A program made the position numbers and the translations under genes. Shown piece by piece: positions 29,501-37,082 of a stretch of 64,000 nt of DNA (its first letter is position 1; each line of letters starts with the position of its first letter). The notes beneath the pieces are model-generated. The model was not told the origin of the DNA, did no database searches, and worked only from the letters and a program-made list of their open reading frames with translations. This DNA is from a virus: IMG/VR virus record IMGVR_UViG_3300030107_007542, positions 64,001-128,000 of that record; one strand, given 5' to 3'.

Positions 29501-32500
29501 CCTCCGCTAAATCGGTATGGCCGGCCTAGGGTTCGGTTATTGGAAGACTTGATGGCGTTAAGAAGGACCTGGCGGTCAGCCAAAGCACCAGAAGGCATGC
29601 CTCCGGTGGCATTCAAGACCATGAGTTCAGCGTCACCGCCTCGATCGGCACGGTTTTGCCACCAGGCCAAAGAGCCCGAGTCCTGTTGTGGTCGGGCCCC
29701 GGCGGCCCAAGAAGCCGTGGGAAGGGGGGCGTGGTCATACTTCCAGTTGTTTAGGTTGGAAATATTTGGCATTCCCGTAACGCGCTTTGTCGGGGCTTGC
29801 GCAGATTCAAATCCTGTTCCCTGTGCATCATTGATAATAGAATTAACAGCAATTGGTGTAGCGATAGTTCCAATAGATCCTGTTATATCCGGGTCGGACT
29901 GTGCCAAAAATGGGAACTTGTTCTGATACTTGCTGCGCTCAAGAATGTGGCTCTCAATTAGCGTACGTATATTGGGATCAAAATCAAGAGAAACCGGAGC
30001 GAGTTGACCAAGGAGGACGCCAAGGGTCCCGTCGATCCACTTATAATATTCAAAGAACTTCTCAAAATCTATTTCTTCATTAGAAACACTTTCAAAGAAA
30101 CGCTGACGTAAGAACTTAAGTCCCTTATATTCGCTACGATATCGATTAACCGGAGCGCCGATGAGGGTGTTAAGGTCACTTAAAGTAGCAAAGTAGTTGA
30201 TCATCTGATCAGAGATCGCCTGTTGCATACTCTTCTCAAACGTTAAGAAGTAATTTTGAGGCCTAGATGTGCGTGAGAACTCAACGTCGTCCTGTTGAGA
30301 CAAGACTGTTATCATGTCTGCGGATTCGAGGGATTCAGGCAGATTCTGCTTCGAGGCCACCACATAGTCTTTGTCGAGAACGGTACTGGTGCTAGCCGAG
30401 AAGTTTGAGCCAGAGCCAGGATGCTGGTAGTAAAGAATATTGCCGAGCCAACTATTCTGAGTAGAAGCCTTGGTGGCGGAACCAGAGGACAAGTCAGCAA
30501 CTCTAAATCCACCGTTAGCATCAGAACCAGTATTCTGGTTGAAATCCCAGTTCAGCATGAGTGTATTGATACGCGGGAGATCACCATAACTGGCTGTGGC
30601 CTGGAACGGGAAGGCATACAGTCCCGTGTCTGCCACACCATAATTGGTAGGATCAAGGGCGTGAGCCTTAATTGTCTCCTGACTGAGTTTATCGAGCCAC
30701 AGCCTGCATGCACCAATCTTGGCATCGCAGCGCTGGAGGATGGTGCCTGTCATGTTGGTGCGGTGGGCGCCGACAAAGGCGCGGCGGGAGCCAGTTATGA
30801 AAGCAGCGCCCGGGGCAGTGGCGGTCCCTGTCACATTAAAGCTGTTAACAATCACGCCAGCGTCGACATTTACTCCTTGGAATTCAATATCATAGTTCGC
30901 TATTGGCGCGGTAGGAACATAAGCTGTCCATGGGTAGCGAGAGGGACTAATCTTAACGGCAAAGTTCCATTTATTATCGTTATAAACATCATAAAACATA
31001 GAACTCGTAAGGGTGGGCATTTTGCCACCAGTAGAACTCTTTAAGATAAAAGTAACATTGGGAGATTCTTTTGTTTCGCGAACCGCATAAACTTGGAAGT
31101 TGGTCGCATCATCTGTTGGGAAAACCGTATTTGTCTGGGCATTCTCAGAACCGGGAGTATCACTTATTTGTGTGTTTGTGGCGTGCACACCAAAGAGAGA
31201 ACACGAGATGATGTTTGTATCCTGATAAAAGTCATGACTCTGAGTGAATTTTTCTGGGAACAGGACCTCTGCTTCCATAGTAAAGGCGAACCCGCCGGTT
31301 AAATGAGTACTTGAAGAAATAAAACCATAAGTATTGGTAGTGTCTCCCGGGTCGCGAATCTGATAAACATTAGCATCCATACTGGCATATGAGTTAAAAT
31401 TAGCATACTTCTTACCATAGGATTGGTTGGTTCGATTCGTTGTAAAATCAAACTCAACATTATTGGCATACATGTTAATCTTTATCAGCTCATCATCGAC
31501 ACCAAAGCACCTAATCAAATTTCTAAATGCTTTCTCGGTTCCTTTAGACTTATAAATGTAGCTTAAGTTGTTGTAAATATTCTGATAAATAAGGTTCTTG
31601 ATCTCGGTGAGACTCTTTTCAAAAACTCGGTCCTCGCTCCTGTCGGCCAGCTTTTCGAGCACCGAAGCGTCAACAAATAACTCAGGAGCTACCAAGCCGG
31701 TGGACATAAGCAAGCGTTCCGCAAAGACATTGGCCTTGTCAGAACCACTTACATATTGAATATCCTTTAATTTATTTAATGATTCTATCTGGAGATGCAG
31801 TGTGTCCAGATAGCTGGCCATGATTTGTGTTACATTATGAAGCCCCCCGCCTCGCTCCGTATCTTCTTCTGTTATCCAAGCCGGCAGAGACTTATATATG
31901 GATGCCGCATTGGATGCATCATGATCAGAGCCCGATGTAACAAGCTGTGCGCGAAGGGCGACGACCGCGGGGTCAAAAGAATAGATAATGGGGTCTTCAA
32001 ACTCTTTAATGGCTGCACTAGAGGAAATAATTGCCGAACCAGTATTTCGAGAATCGCTACTATAGCCAGTCCAGGCGCCATTCGAAACGCGGCCGGAATA
32101 ATCTAGAACCGTGCTATCCACGGAACTGGTTCCGGTGATTCCCTCGTTAAATTTATAATAGACCCCCAAATTGGTGTTGGCCACTTCAGTGGTATCCATG
32201 AAGGGCATGGGATCATTATTGACACCGCCTCCGACTTGCGTAAACCAAAACCGACCGATTTCCTGACTGCTTCGTTGAGTTTTCCAGTATCGGAACTCAT
32301 CGATTGATCCGGAAAGCTTTCCGGCGTACTGTGCGCCTCCGCCGAGGGTTGTCACGAGGGCACCCATCGTGGCTTGCATCGCTCCAGTTACTTCACTCAG
32401 AGCATCGCTACCGAGAGTAGATTCTTGATTAAGCGCACCGTCAACATATACGCGGCTAGTGATACCTGCACTGGCATTTTTAAAGGAGAAGGCATAGTGG

Positions 32501-33291
32501 TGCCAAGCCGAATCAGCTATAGTAACAGAACTACCGATCGAAGATTCACTTACTCCGTCGGAACCCGAAAGGAGAGTGGCCAAGAAAACCGCACCCCCTT
32601 CGTTTGTTGAATTTAGGGCCAGAGAAAGGCGCCCATAATGAGCCTGCCCTTCTGCGACTCCATTCCACATGTCGAACAAAACCTCTTTGGTGGTCAGGGA
32701 GGACGCATATGCATCCTTCTTCATCCAAAATTCTACTGTTACACCGTCTCCCGATAAGTCATACTTGAGATTAGAGGTACGATTTGAGCCGGTATCGTAA
32801 TAGTTAGATCCCGTAAATTGCAGATACAGCGGCGACATGCCGTCGGGGTTAGGATTGGGGCCGCCTTTAAAATAAATATATTCTAAAGAATTGGGCAGAC
32901 CATAGCCATTCTCCAAGGTACCATTCCTGGTTCCCCAACCATCAGCCGACAATAAGCCATAACCAGTACGACGTGGATAAAGATTGTTAAGAATATAAAG
33001 GTCGATCTCTGTCGACTCATTTTCCCACTTAAGGCGCTCTCGAAGCGAGCCATCATACGGGTAGGTCTTATAAATTCTATCTAATGATTCACCATAATAC
33101 TTCTCGGCTGAGCCATACCGAGCAAAATTAGAGGCAGTTGTATAATCAACCGCAGGAATAAACCTGCGCTCCTTAATGATATCCTGTTTTTGGTATTCCG
33201 CAGACTCTACTACCGACCCAACCTGCTCTGCAGATTGATCGGAAAGTGATTTAAGAGTTTGCGCTTTTTCAAAAAGATGTTTAAAGCTCAT
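20551..33291 (-). CDS. Giant (4246 aa) baseplate wedge/receptor-binding protein with multiple LamG (ConA-like) domains
   Basis: YIYKSKGTEKAFRNLIRCFG resembles the T4 gp7 / P2 gpI wedge motif. Four clear LamG domains (TVEFWMK/WHHYAFS/VYVDG/IDEFRYW; TVSTWIK/WHHVVVT/IYVDG; SISFWM/WIHVVCT/IYIDG; TIATWFK/WYHLAVS/MYVNG/INEFQVY) plus one degenerate. Lies downstream of gp25 and gp6. Confidence 0.75.
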   Translation of the reverse strand: MSFKHLFEKAQTLKSLSDQSAEQVGSVVESAEYQKQDIIKERRFIPAVDYTTASNFARYGSAEKYYGESLDRIYKTYPYDGSLRERLKWENESTEIDLYILNNLYPRRTGYGLLSADGWGTRNGTLENGYGLPNSLEYIYFKGGPNPNPDGMSPLYLQFTGSNYYDTGSNRTSNLKYDLSGDGVTVEFWMKKDAYASSLTTKEVLFDMWNGVAEGQAHYGRLSLALNSTNEGGAVFLATLLSGSDGVSESSIGSSVTIADSAWHHYAFSFKNASAGITSRVYVDGALNQESTLGSDALSEVTGAMQATMGALVTTLGGGAQYAGKLSGSIDEFRYWKTQRSSQEIGRFWFTQVGGGVNNDPMPFMDTTEVANTNLGVYYKFNEGITGTSSVDSTVLDYSGRVSNGAWTGYSSDSRNTGSAIISSSAAIKEFEDPIIYSFDPAVVALRAQLVTSGSDHDASNAASIYKSLPAWITEEDTERGGGLHNVTQIMASYLDTLHLQIESLNKLKDIQYVSGSDKANVFAERLLMSTGLVAPELFVDASVLEKLADRSEDRVFEKSLTEIKNLIYQNIYNNLSYIYKSKGTEKAFRNLIRCFGVDDELIKINMYANNVEFDFTTNRTNQSYGKKYANFNSYASMDANVYQIRDPGDTTNTYGFISSSTHLTGGFAFTMEAEVLFPEKFTQSHDFYQDTNIISCSLFGVHATNTQISDTPGSENAQTNTVFPTDDATNFQVYAVRETKESPNVTFILKSSTGGKMPTLTSSMFYDVYNDNKWNFAVKISPSRYPWTAYVPTAPIANYDIEFQGVNVDAGVIVNSFNVTGTATAPGAAFITGSRRAFVGAHRTNMTGTILQRCDAKIGACRLWLDKLSQETIKAHALDPTNYGVADTGLYAFPFQATASYGDLPRINTLMLNWDFNQNTGSDANGGFRVADLSSGSATKASTQNSWLGNILYYQHPGSGSNFSASTSTVLDKDYVVASKQNLPESLESADMITVLSQQDDVEFSRTSRPQNYFLTFEKSMQQAISDQMINYFATLSDLNTLIGAPVNRYRSEYKGLKFLRQRFFESVSNEEIDFEKFFEYYKWIDGTLGVLLGQLAPVSLDFDPNIRTLIESHILERSKYQNKFPFLAQSDPDITGSIGTIATPIAVNSIINDAQGTGFESAQAPTKRVTGMPNISNLNNWKYDHAPLPTASWAAGARPQQDSGSLAWWQNRADRGGDAELMVLNATGGMPSGALADRQVLLNAIKSSNNRTLGRPYRFSGGGSVVLGGVARHPSQRKGVVYEATAPAGPTVGQGTYGAVPSNIMVAKSADVESLISSSDEYFPAQKVRYGFGMGVQSASYEVYERDADGATVAPFSLYSSSISDALSSEMSNFTGSTIITNMHADLASDQTDVPMQGPFTEKFVGGRQHRHIELNQSGSPDSISDPLTMANNFNGLDSRVNRPEGFRVQMGHEFTGSNSGSPWKASSGHLQVVSPQYPELDTAGGTTNLYDRPKANLPRGEHAKRPVNIKNILMTTASLSQSMSGTIDHNRIGNYTKNYEVIQTAGRSQNDPYFREGTFTFAPNPETPATRGRTVLMDPPTKSIYFDGSDDYASFGTAAAWDPIVGGASGNQKPFTVSTWIKPTTAFVNYEYIWTFGVYATGFRRFVYYGTTGKLMCGTGTGNYAYTTSNVVALDTWHHVVVTFAGGATAVPQIYVDGTLASTATANSTPGVALSTYGFTLAANGGGLGAVEGEQYMCDAAVWGRELSAAEVTTLYGEGRRINIVELVGDGLVSWWPLGDGKAILGDAVDTYNGTIHSANSSSWDGTATNLASTAITTDSPMVGGWGPTTNPSGTLDYALPIRTGSNSNQTVIVNRFSAPGGYDVRSQGYMDPAHEEFSVYNALPYRNRTVIDYGIPTSASAPASASIVAPLDQIDHPRGLNQLSTLHCGPFGADSAFGELTLSASQVGNSDGILGDGIVTSASFHKTQRNTKKRLKLARETRSIHFYPDDGDRLSLGAWDSTAWSNLIGGAGSNAKAFSISFWMNEGVLGAGSTGQGIFSDGSSGGNVKRGIYIQNSDNTLRFGIEGTQDGVVKSSGVVAAGSWIHVVCTFAGGDPGGSNTANYMKIYIDGVLDTTVVQQLNSPTDIYTGTTGNIWLGYFANTLNPVAASGQFAGNLSNMGIWNVELSAAEVSRIYNHHQLYDLAKMKIDNLAVWWRFSDSSIWKKPDDGVMNHRDSFNIYNVAPKAAEFFNAGFGCDLIAANGFDGYGTYQSLIPSSPSDWPIITGSVYDNLYEQHGVPNAERNYAWVTASLEADVPFYGFDQQIVPPDGATTAPKISEISAYVERGLTSPSGNYFPGRYPFQGRPSGTYGTADDAATSMNQLWEPNWTSLVTSASVNIAGFAYSPQVMRYANLDTHVLEPPALQENNKSLRISGSGHGISINGPAGGQGPNFLCGAASDWVQYAAPIAYSASATGRGNSVGPNSAWTIATWFKIDYSGSFINAIANTGSTLVAGSGENWPGSGSMDAAYREAMVMTLFSWTKPAGSGVVYTDAPVQLYMWPRVQVGQNNSSSVACWVPELIISGGAGDLSSSTGTSITSSPSKASMWITSSAWNLTTGRGGVFMPNTWYHLAVSYNGTDPSCVLHAGGKDRDYDAIKMYVNGVSMDGKGQVTSGTIFNNSSASQGLTYPAPGGQGSIALGNIGLPTIGYPFLGLINEFQVYNKVLSAPEVGELFERRGNILDNWEPKANLTNWYRMGNGGSRATNQFIEDVVGDAHAINTGTTGSSEVNPASEVISEYRIHTGSTTPGLAAHESSSYRQVWAHPVTGAWAGKYASGSNEYRYISGSRLSDSFVTFNHAMLNLNGPYQHPSWKQVRTGEHPVARALRHANLISIAEPPAMIPQFVEGGTDAINFLRGKSPNATIDYVEQPIDSRYKPFVAAFEDMSENPDRGNDVSLQVSYGNNMGYFSNNGLNNRLDLRPDVRNNQAFNEVQDYIDKTGDADMAVYASYGERVYPRSVNVYQTRVRTRPNYSIENIWNKDRPLRTGKFLNSQGMDDFVPTPQAPTGAVPSYAVDPSEFFFGIGAKLQSVNSLDASPWPLDAPQKYTLITSSIGLANSGSYNSTGYAIQNTASIAQKVSGGLAAIVTGAVPFALFSGEDQLGNGVRSLFQNLIGAGTGSGAGELQNTYSYFFSAGNAATILTVISNSCRPACSYIRPLPETPARVQGGYPYKAAQLVPANHTLMGFHPWVAQYQENLDPYQPYVDYSENLRLAGKDCSIVPEYRISEHLETYLGNETTEPASDGFLAKLGNLLDLTGSSLDSTTKDFYSVYATTDFLELFKVVDDELRGPRGTTEDDNIVRHGTTLQATAFTSFLPYKGFYPAERTVKLASYFSQSMGSFLPGTRSAPSFAINGGVESPAATPNQTLSRILLEPLFSPGILFNTIKSGLAVGNYIIRNTASNPGDLKQGEYCDSYDFDQLGALGIAAKRPGSQVYGAAAASASAWEAAGDATNNQHWAPLEGYSEFNFNSSASYQSSSVNSASFACLNVGHSSSAGIKAWMPIRFRQVAADTYNTIYTAATGSRFGYYLQKIPFEAIRRPQDYMSAKALSSGSEVVPPPSWSAGVLVNTASAAAAEPEGGLGAGWLYDTGVSMSSSIAASVRGVNSSVFSFSGEGTNGYDGSGSIVDVVSYGTLGNQSQNKIRWDGNVVNPMYELAIDNFLCETVNFFQDGLTSYVSKEEDAFRPVQKNKYYGMRVLLERSSDDIGNPTFGMYSRASAFGTPLALSGSRGSGITFAHLTPPYYNGLAYADIVFQAPYNDRPTLQDIVSTADVVYSRRIENNLQLSSSTNLSASCIGYVTGSDLKRDYDYVQMQLSASVNIFDKILAIPEGTSQQKVQWVVQTKFETPMFDFYDTPCLPHPTSSIVGGGAAAPIDVTSSTAPFQIRGMWHQYGRVPEPDKGVFLGIEDLPKKYHSEKHGAIEVESLRQVVGFGNSRSKRVGELSTSKTVREAVLVVPFRSVRGEREFIRLPRTIHLQRSAEFAQRARESGRTASVNYWEEQLSRYNRQIEILERYIVPPTLDFLINRSVRPVFFDAFEFTQTFSKKDLQNMWQNLPPESIQKMQKQSSTVNISDFFTDRIFGTGDIQWLVFKVKQRATKDYDILSKRGLTKDRPLVPASIESPYSFNWPYDYFSLVELLKIDENVEYVSKGLDTAPWEDPPPAPRLAASPGSDPTGQSRFVGDYTEAEATAILNDLNNNQED

Positions 33292-33295
33292 ATCC

Positions 33296-33303
33296 TAATT
33301 ATT
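33296..33303 (-). promoter_or_regulatory. Candidate late-promoter motif AATAATTA
   Basis: Overlaps the upstream TAA; 4 nt before the giant-gene ATG. Confidence 0.25.
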
Positions 33304-34852
33304 CATCAACCCTAAATTTAAACGTTTCTGATTGCTCCACCCAAGTTGCTATACTACCATTATAATAAGAGAATTTAATCCCATACATGTATCCAGCCTC
33401 TAATTCCATCATATCCAGATCAAAATAATTACCGCTCACGTCATAAGAAAGATAAGTAGAATACTCGCTGCCGGTACCATACGGAAGCACCTCATAGTCG
33501 TCAACCATTCTCAAAATGCGATACGATGCACTCTCAATTATCTCCGTGGGATTAACGCTTGTAGCCACCGTATAAATGGTGGGACTCCAATTCTTATCTC
33601 GCACGAAAGTTCTAAAACGTACAGTCTGATTCCTTCGATAGGAAGGCTGCAAATTCTTAATGGCCGTCACCCTCTCAAACGTTGGGGCGCCTTCAAAGTT
33701 ACGGAAAGTTTTAGTGACCACAGAACCAGTCTTATATTGAATTGACCCTGTTGGTAACGACGTCCACACATCGAACAGTTTAGATGGCGCGCCGTTAGCT
33801 GAGGATGAGGTCATGCAAACAGAAGCCGTATAGATTCCTGTGCTGATCAAGCCGCCGGTGACGCAAACAGCATTTCCGGCGCCTGCCCCCGAAAGAGCCT
33901 GGATCCCAGATGGTTTCGTATTTCCAGCATTCCCCGAGTAGAAAGAGACATACAGAAGGTTATTGGTAAGATTGGGAATATTAGTGAGCTGCCCGCGAAC
34001 ATAATTATACAAATAGATGGTGTTCAAGTTGTCAATTGCCGGAGCCATGGAGCTACTATAATAAAAGGATCCTCTCTCATCGGTAACCCGGGAGTCCCAG
34101 CGCGCCTCGATCCACGGGCGCTTAAAGAAATATTCACTTGAACGAGCAAAAAACTTCTTCGTATAATAGGATGTCTCTGCGCCACCGGTGTTTGCAATAA
34201 CACCATGAGCTGCGGCGGCGGCGGCATATGCTTCCTGGCTGGAAGTTAAGAAAATACCTAATCCATAATTATCAACATGCTTCGCGGAGCCGGAGGATTG
34301 CATCCATCGCTCTACGGTCGGAGTAATGTTGATCTCCAAATCTTCATAACCTAACTCAAACGTCTGCCGATAAACAGGCGAGTCGGAGTCTTCATTGTCA
34401 TCTCGATAATCTCCGCCATTATTTGCCCATGCAACAGTAGTAGAAGCGGACATCCAATTAGATTTTCCAAGATCGGAATACTCATCCATGTCTAGTCCAG
34501 TACCTTCGGCCCAGGACCGAGATACCGAGGCCACAACCAATGTAAAATCCTGAGGCAATGTCCAGGGGTGCTTGGCGTTGCTCAATTTAAGAAAGAAGTT
34601 AACACTTCCAGAAGCCGGAATAGTGCCAGCAGTACGATCAGCAGCAACAGTAGAAACGGGAAATTGTATAAGTATTCGAGAAAGCTCTTGAGACTGTCCT
34701 CCTGCGGAGGATGAATTTTGTCCATATATCGAGAAAACTTCTAGGGAATCGGCGTAACCCATGTTGGAGCCCGAGCCGCGATTACTCAGATTAGATTTAT
34801 ACGCATTAGTAATAGTATTATCGGCGCTGGCTGTATACCTCTTGAAAGCCAT
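33299..34852 (-). CDS. Baseplate-associated protein with DNRLRE/CBM96-like beta domain and C-terminal Ig-like domain
   Basis: SRILIQF...SRSWAEGTG...W..GGDY...DLEINITPTVERW...NYG pattern; sits between gp6 and the giant wedge gene. Confidence 0.5.
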   Translation of the reverse strand: MAFKRYTASADNTITNAYKSNLSNRGSGSNMGYADSLEVFSIYGQNSSSAGGQSQELSRILIQFPVSTVAADRTAGTIPASGSVNFFLKLSNAKHPWTLPQDFTLVVASVSRSWAEGTGLDMDEYSDLGKSNWMSASTTVAWANNGGDYRDDNEDSDSPVYRQTFELGYEDLEINITPTVERWMQSSGSAKHVDNYGLGIFLTSSQEAYAAAAAAHGVIANTGGAETSYYTKKFFARSSEYFFKRPWIEARWDSRVTDERGSFYYSSSMAPAIDNLNTIYLYNYVRGQLTNIPNLTNNLLYVSFYSGNAGNTKPSGIQALSGAGAGNAVCVTGGLISTGIYTASVCMTSSSANGAPSKLFDVWTSLPTGSIQYKTGSVVTKTFRNFEGAPTFERVTAIKNLQPSYRRNQTVRFRTFVRDKNWSPTIYTVATSVNPTEIIESASYRILRMVDDYEVLPYGTGSEYSTYLSYDVSGNYFDLDMMELEAGYMYGIKFSYYNGSIATWVEQSETFKFRVDE

Positions 34853-36642
34853 TATTTAATACTCCCCTTAATGTCTGTATTTGGAAACTTCATTTCAAAA
34901 ACAACGTTCTCTTCTGCTAAAATACGCAGGTTATCTGCACTAGTGGCGGCCCTAAAATCATAAGAGTCGCCGCTGTAATTGGATCCTGTTTTCTCAACGA
35001 TCTTGACCTTAATGACATCCAGCAATCCTTCTACCTTATTAAGGGTCTTATAGATATCCGAGATATTGATGGATTCTCCGATATCATAAGAATGCGCAAA
35101 CTTGGCTGCTAAAGCCCTGGAGGCCGCATTAATAACATTAAAACGATTTGCGTTCAAATCGATTGAGACCTCATATTCAATTCCAAAATTAATAATTTTT
35201 GCATCTAGTATATCAATGGTATCATTAACCATTTTATACTGTGCTAACCAATTTTTAAGGTTAGTTTTTAAGGTAGAGTTAGCAGTCACCAATTTACCAC
35301 TAGCATTTTCCGAAATAACATACAGGTTAAGATTCCGCTTAAATGCATCGAAGTCACGAACAATCGCAGCGCGTTTCACTTTGCCGAACTTGGCCGGCAT
35401 GCCGTAACTAATAGCTTTATAATCTTCGCCAGTGACTGCGCGATTTTGTGTTGCAAAGTAACTGTAGGCCCGTTGTTTAATTTCGTCTGAATCTGGGAGT
35501 GCAACACTTCCTACAAATTGTTCCTCGTTCACTACCTGCAAAGATTCTGTCACGCCGGCTCTCTTTGCTGCTGTTAAAAGATTCTCTTCTTTAAAAACTA
35601 TAAGCGCGCGACTTACTTCGTTGATGGAATTTACTGAGGCGTTAACATCAGTGGTGGTGTTATATCGAAATGAAATTATTAAATCAGTGTTGGCCGGTGC
35701 AATGCCAAACTTATCTGTGTCCAGAAGTTTTGTGGGATCGAACCCGGCATCTGTTACATAGTCACGGCCGTTCATGTTCAGCATTAAATTCGAGGGGTCG
35801 ATTACCGATCCATTGGTTAATTCAGAATCAGACCCATATCCAAATTGTAAAAACGTTTTGCCGTTTTCAAACTCAACTGTAAATCGGCGAGGAACTGGAA
35901 AAGGCTTAAGAATATTAGGAACAGTGGCTCTGGTGGTGGTGGTGTTTCTCACGGCTTTATAAATAACATTCTGCGTGAGGTGATCCACTTCATAAAACCT
36001 ATGACCCTCTAAGTCATAAACACTCACAACATTATTAATTTTGGCGATCGAAAGAGGCACGCGGCGGAAGCGTTCAAAATTTCCGATGCTCACCTTGTCT
36101 CGGCCCAGGCGACCGGAGACCGCGCGACCTTGAGCACGAATAACGAAATGAGTGGGGGCACCAGTGGTGCTCGCATCACTCACAACAATTTGATTTTGTT
36201 CTTTTGCAAAATCAACGTCGTCTACCAAAGTATAATAACCGCCCGCATCGGATGTAAATTCAGAGCCGGCCTTTAATACCGGAATATAGTTGGTATCGGG
36301 GCCCTGTGTAGTAGTAGATGCTGGTACCTTAATATAAAAGGTTACTACACCATACGAAGAATGGTTGGGGTTAAGCTTGAGACCCATTTGGCGAACGAGG
36401 CGAACTACATTGTTATATTCAATCGCGGTATCGAGAAAGGTTTCATTAGCTTGATAATCGAGATAGAAGGAAAGAATGTCTCCGATATAAGAAACAGTAT
36501 CCAGCATGAGAGAGCCGAAGCCGGCTTCACTGAAGTCTCGATAAGTATTTGGATAATAGCGGCGCGCAAAGTTCTCTAGATCGCGACGGATAGATGCGAA
36601 ATCTCTACTAGTATAATCAATGGCTTCTAACTTCTTTGACAT
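34852..36642 (-). CDS. gp6: Baseplate wedge protein, T4 gp6 / Baseplate-J-like
   Basis: IDYTSRDFASIRRDL...DFSEAGFGSLMLDTVSYIGDILSFYLDYQANETFLDTA and QNRAVTGEDY are diagnostic gp6 motifs. Confidence 0.9.
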   Translation of the reverse strand: MSKKLEAIDYTSRDFASIRRDLENFARRYYPNTYRDFSEAGFGSLMLDTVSYIGDILSFYLDYQANETFLDTAIEYNNVVRLVRQMGLKLNPNHSSYGVVTFYIKVPASTTTQGPDTNYIPVLKAGSEFTSDAGGYYTLVDDVDFAKEQNQIVVSDASTTGAPTHFVIRAQGRAVSGRLGRDKVSIGNFERFRRVPLSIAKINNVVSVYDLEGHRFYEVDHLTQNVIYKAVRNTTTTRATVPNILKPFPVPRRFTVEFENGKTFLQFGYGSDSELTNGSVIDPSNLMLNMNGRDYVTDAGFDPTKLLDTDKFGIAPANTDLIISFRYNTTTDVNASVNSINEVSRALIVFKEENLLTAAKRAGVTESLQVVNEEQFVGSVALPDSDEIKQRAYSYFATQNRAVTGEDYKAISYGMPAKFGKVKRAAIVRDFDAFKRNLNLYVISENASGKLVTANSTLKTNLKNWLAQYKMVNDTIDILDAKIINFGIEYEVSIDLNANRFNVINAASRALAAKFAHSYDIGESINISDIYKTLNKVEGLLDVIKVKIVEKTGSNYSGDSYDFRAATSADNLRILAEENVVFEMKFPNTDIKGSIK

Positions 36643-36657
36643 ATGTCTACCTCGCTA

Positions 36658-36665
36658 TAATTAGT
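36658..36665 (-). promoter_or_regulatory. Candidate late-promoter motif ACTAATTA
   Basis: 15 nt upstream of the gp6 ATG with SD GAGGT in between; includes the gp25 stop. Confidence 0.35.
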
Positions 36666-37044
36666 CCAAGTTTGTATCAAGATGCAGAGTTCCTGTCATC
36701 TGCAGTGGTACAATCTTATACGTAATACTTACGCGCATATCATGAGGATAAAGATCCGGGCTGTTTTCTTTGTCTCCAAACTCTATTTTTTGAATCTCCA
36801 GAAAGGACATATACCTCGAAACTTGCTCCCGAATACGAGATGCAATATCTTGATAAGTAAAATTATCATTCAGCTCAAATAAATACCTTTTAAGTCCCAC
36901 ACCAAAATTAACATCCATCATTCTTTCCCCGGGAACCGTAAGAACAAGCATTTTCAAGTTTTGTCTTACCAGCGCAGGATAGGTGGTAATCATGTCAAAC
37001 CTGCTTGATTCGATAGGTAATAAAGGTGTTAAGCCATTTGCCAT
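36661..37044 (-). CDS. gp25: Baseplate wedge subunit gp25-like (GPW/gp25 family)
   Basis: VRQNLKMLVLTVPGERMMDVNFGVGLKRYLFE; start at 37044 with SD GAGAGGA. Confidence 0.9.
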   Translation of the reverse strand: MANGLTPLLPIESSRFDMITTYPALVRQNLKMLVLTVPGERMMDVNFGVGLKRYLFELNDNFTYQDIASRIREQVSRYMSFLEIQKIEFGDKENSPDLYPHDMRVSITYKIVPLQMTGTLHLDTNLD

Positions 37045-37059
37045 TTGTCGTCCTCTCAA

Positions 37060-37067
37060 TAATTACT
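37060..37067 (-). promoter_or_regulatory. Candidate late-promoter motif AGTAATTA
   Basis: Intergenic (not a stop codon), 15 nt upstream of the gp25 ATG with the SD in between. Confidence 0.4.
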
Positions 37068-37082
37068 TAAAAAAGATGTTTT

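Noticed and set aside
30421-31044. 207-aa plus-strand ORF (and similar ones at 40075..40590, 41371..41910, 28447..28875, 15351..15770)
   Set aside because: These are antisense shadows of long minus-strand genes, with no SD or recognisable motifs; expected from codon bias.
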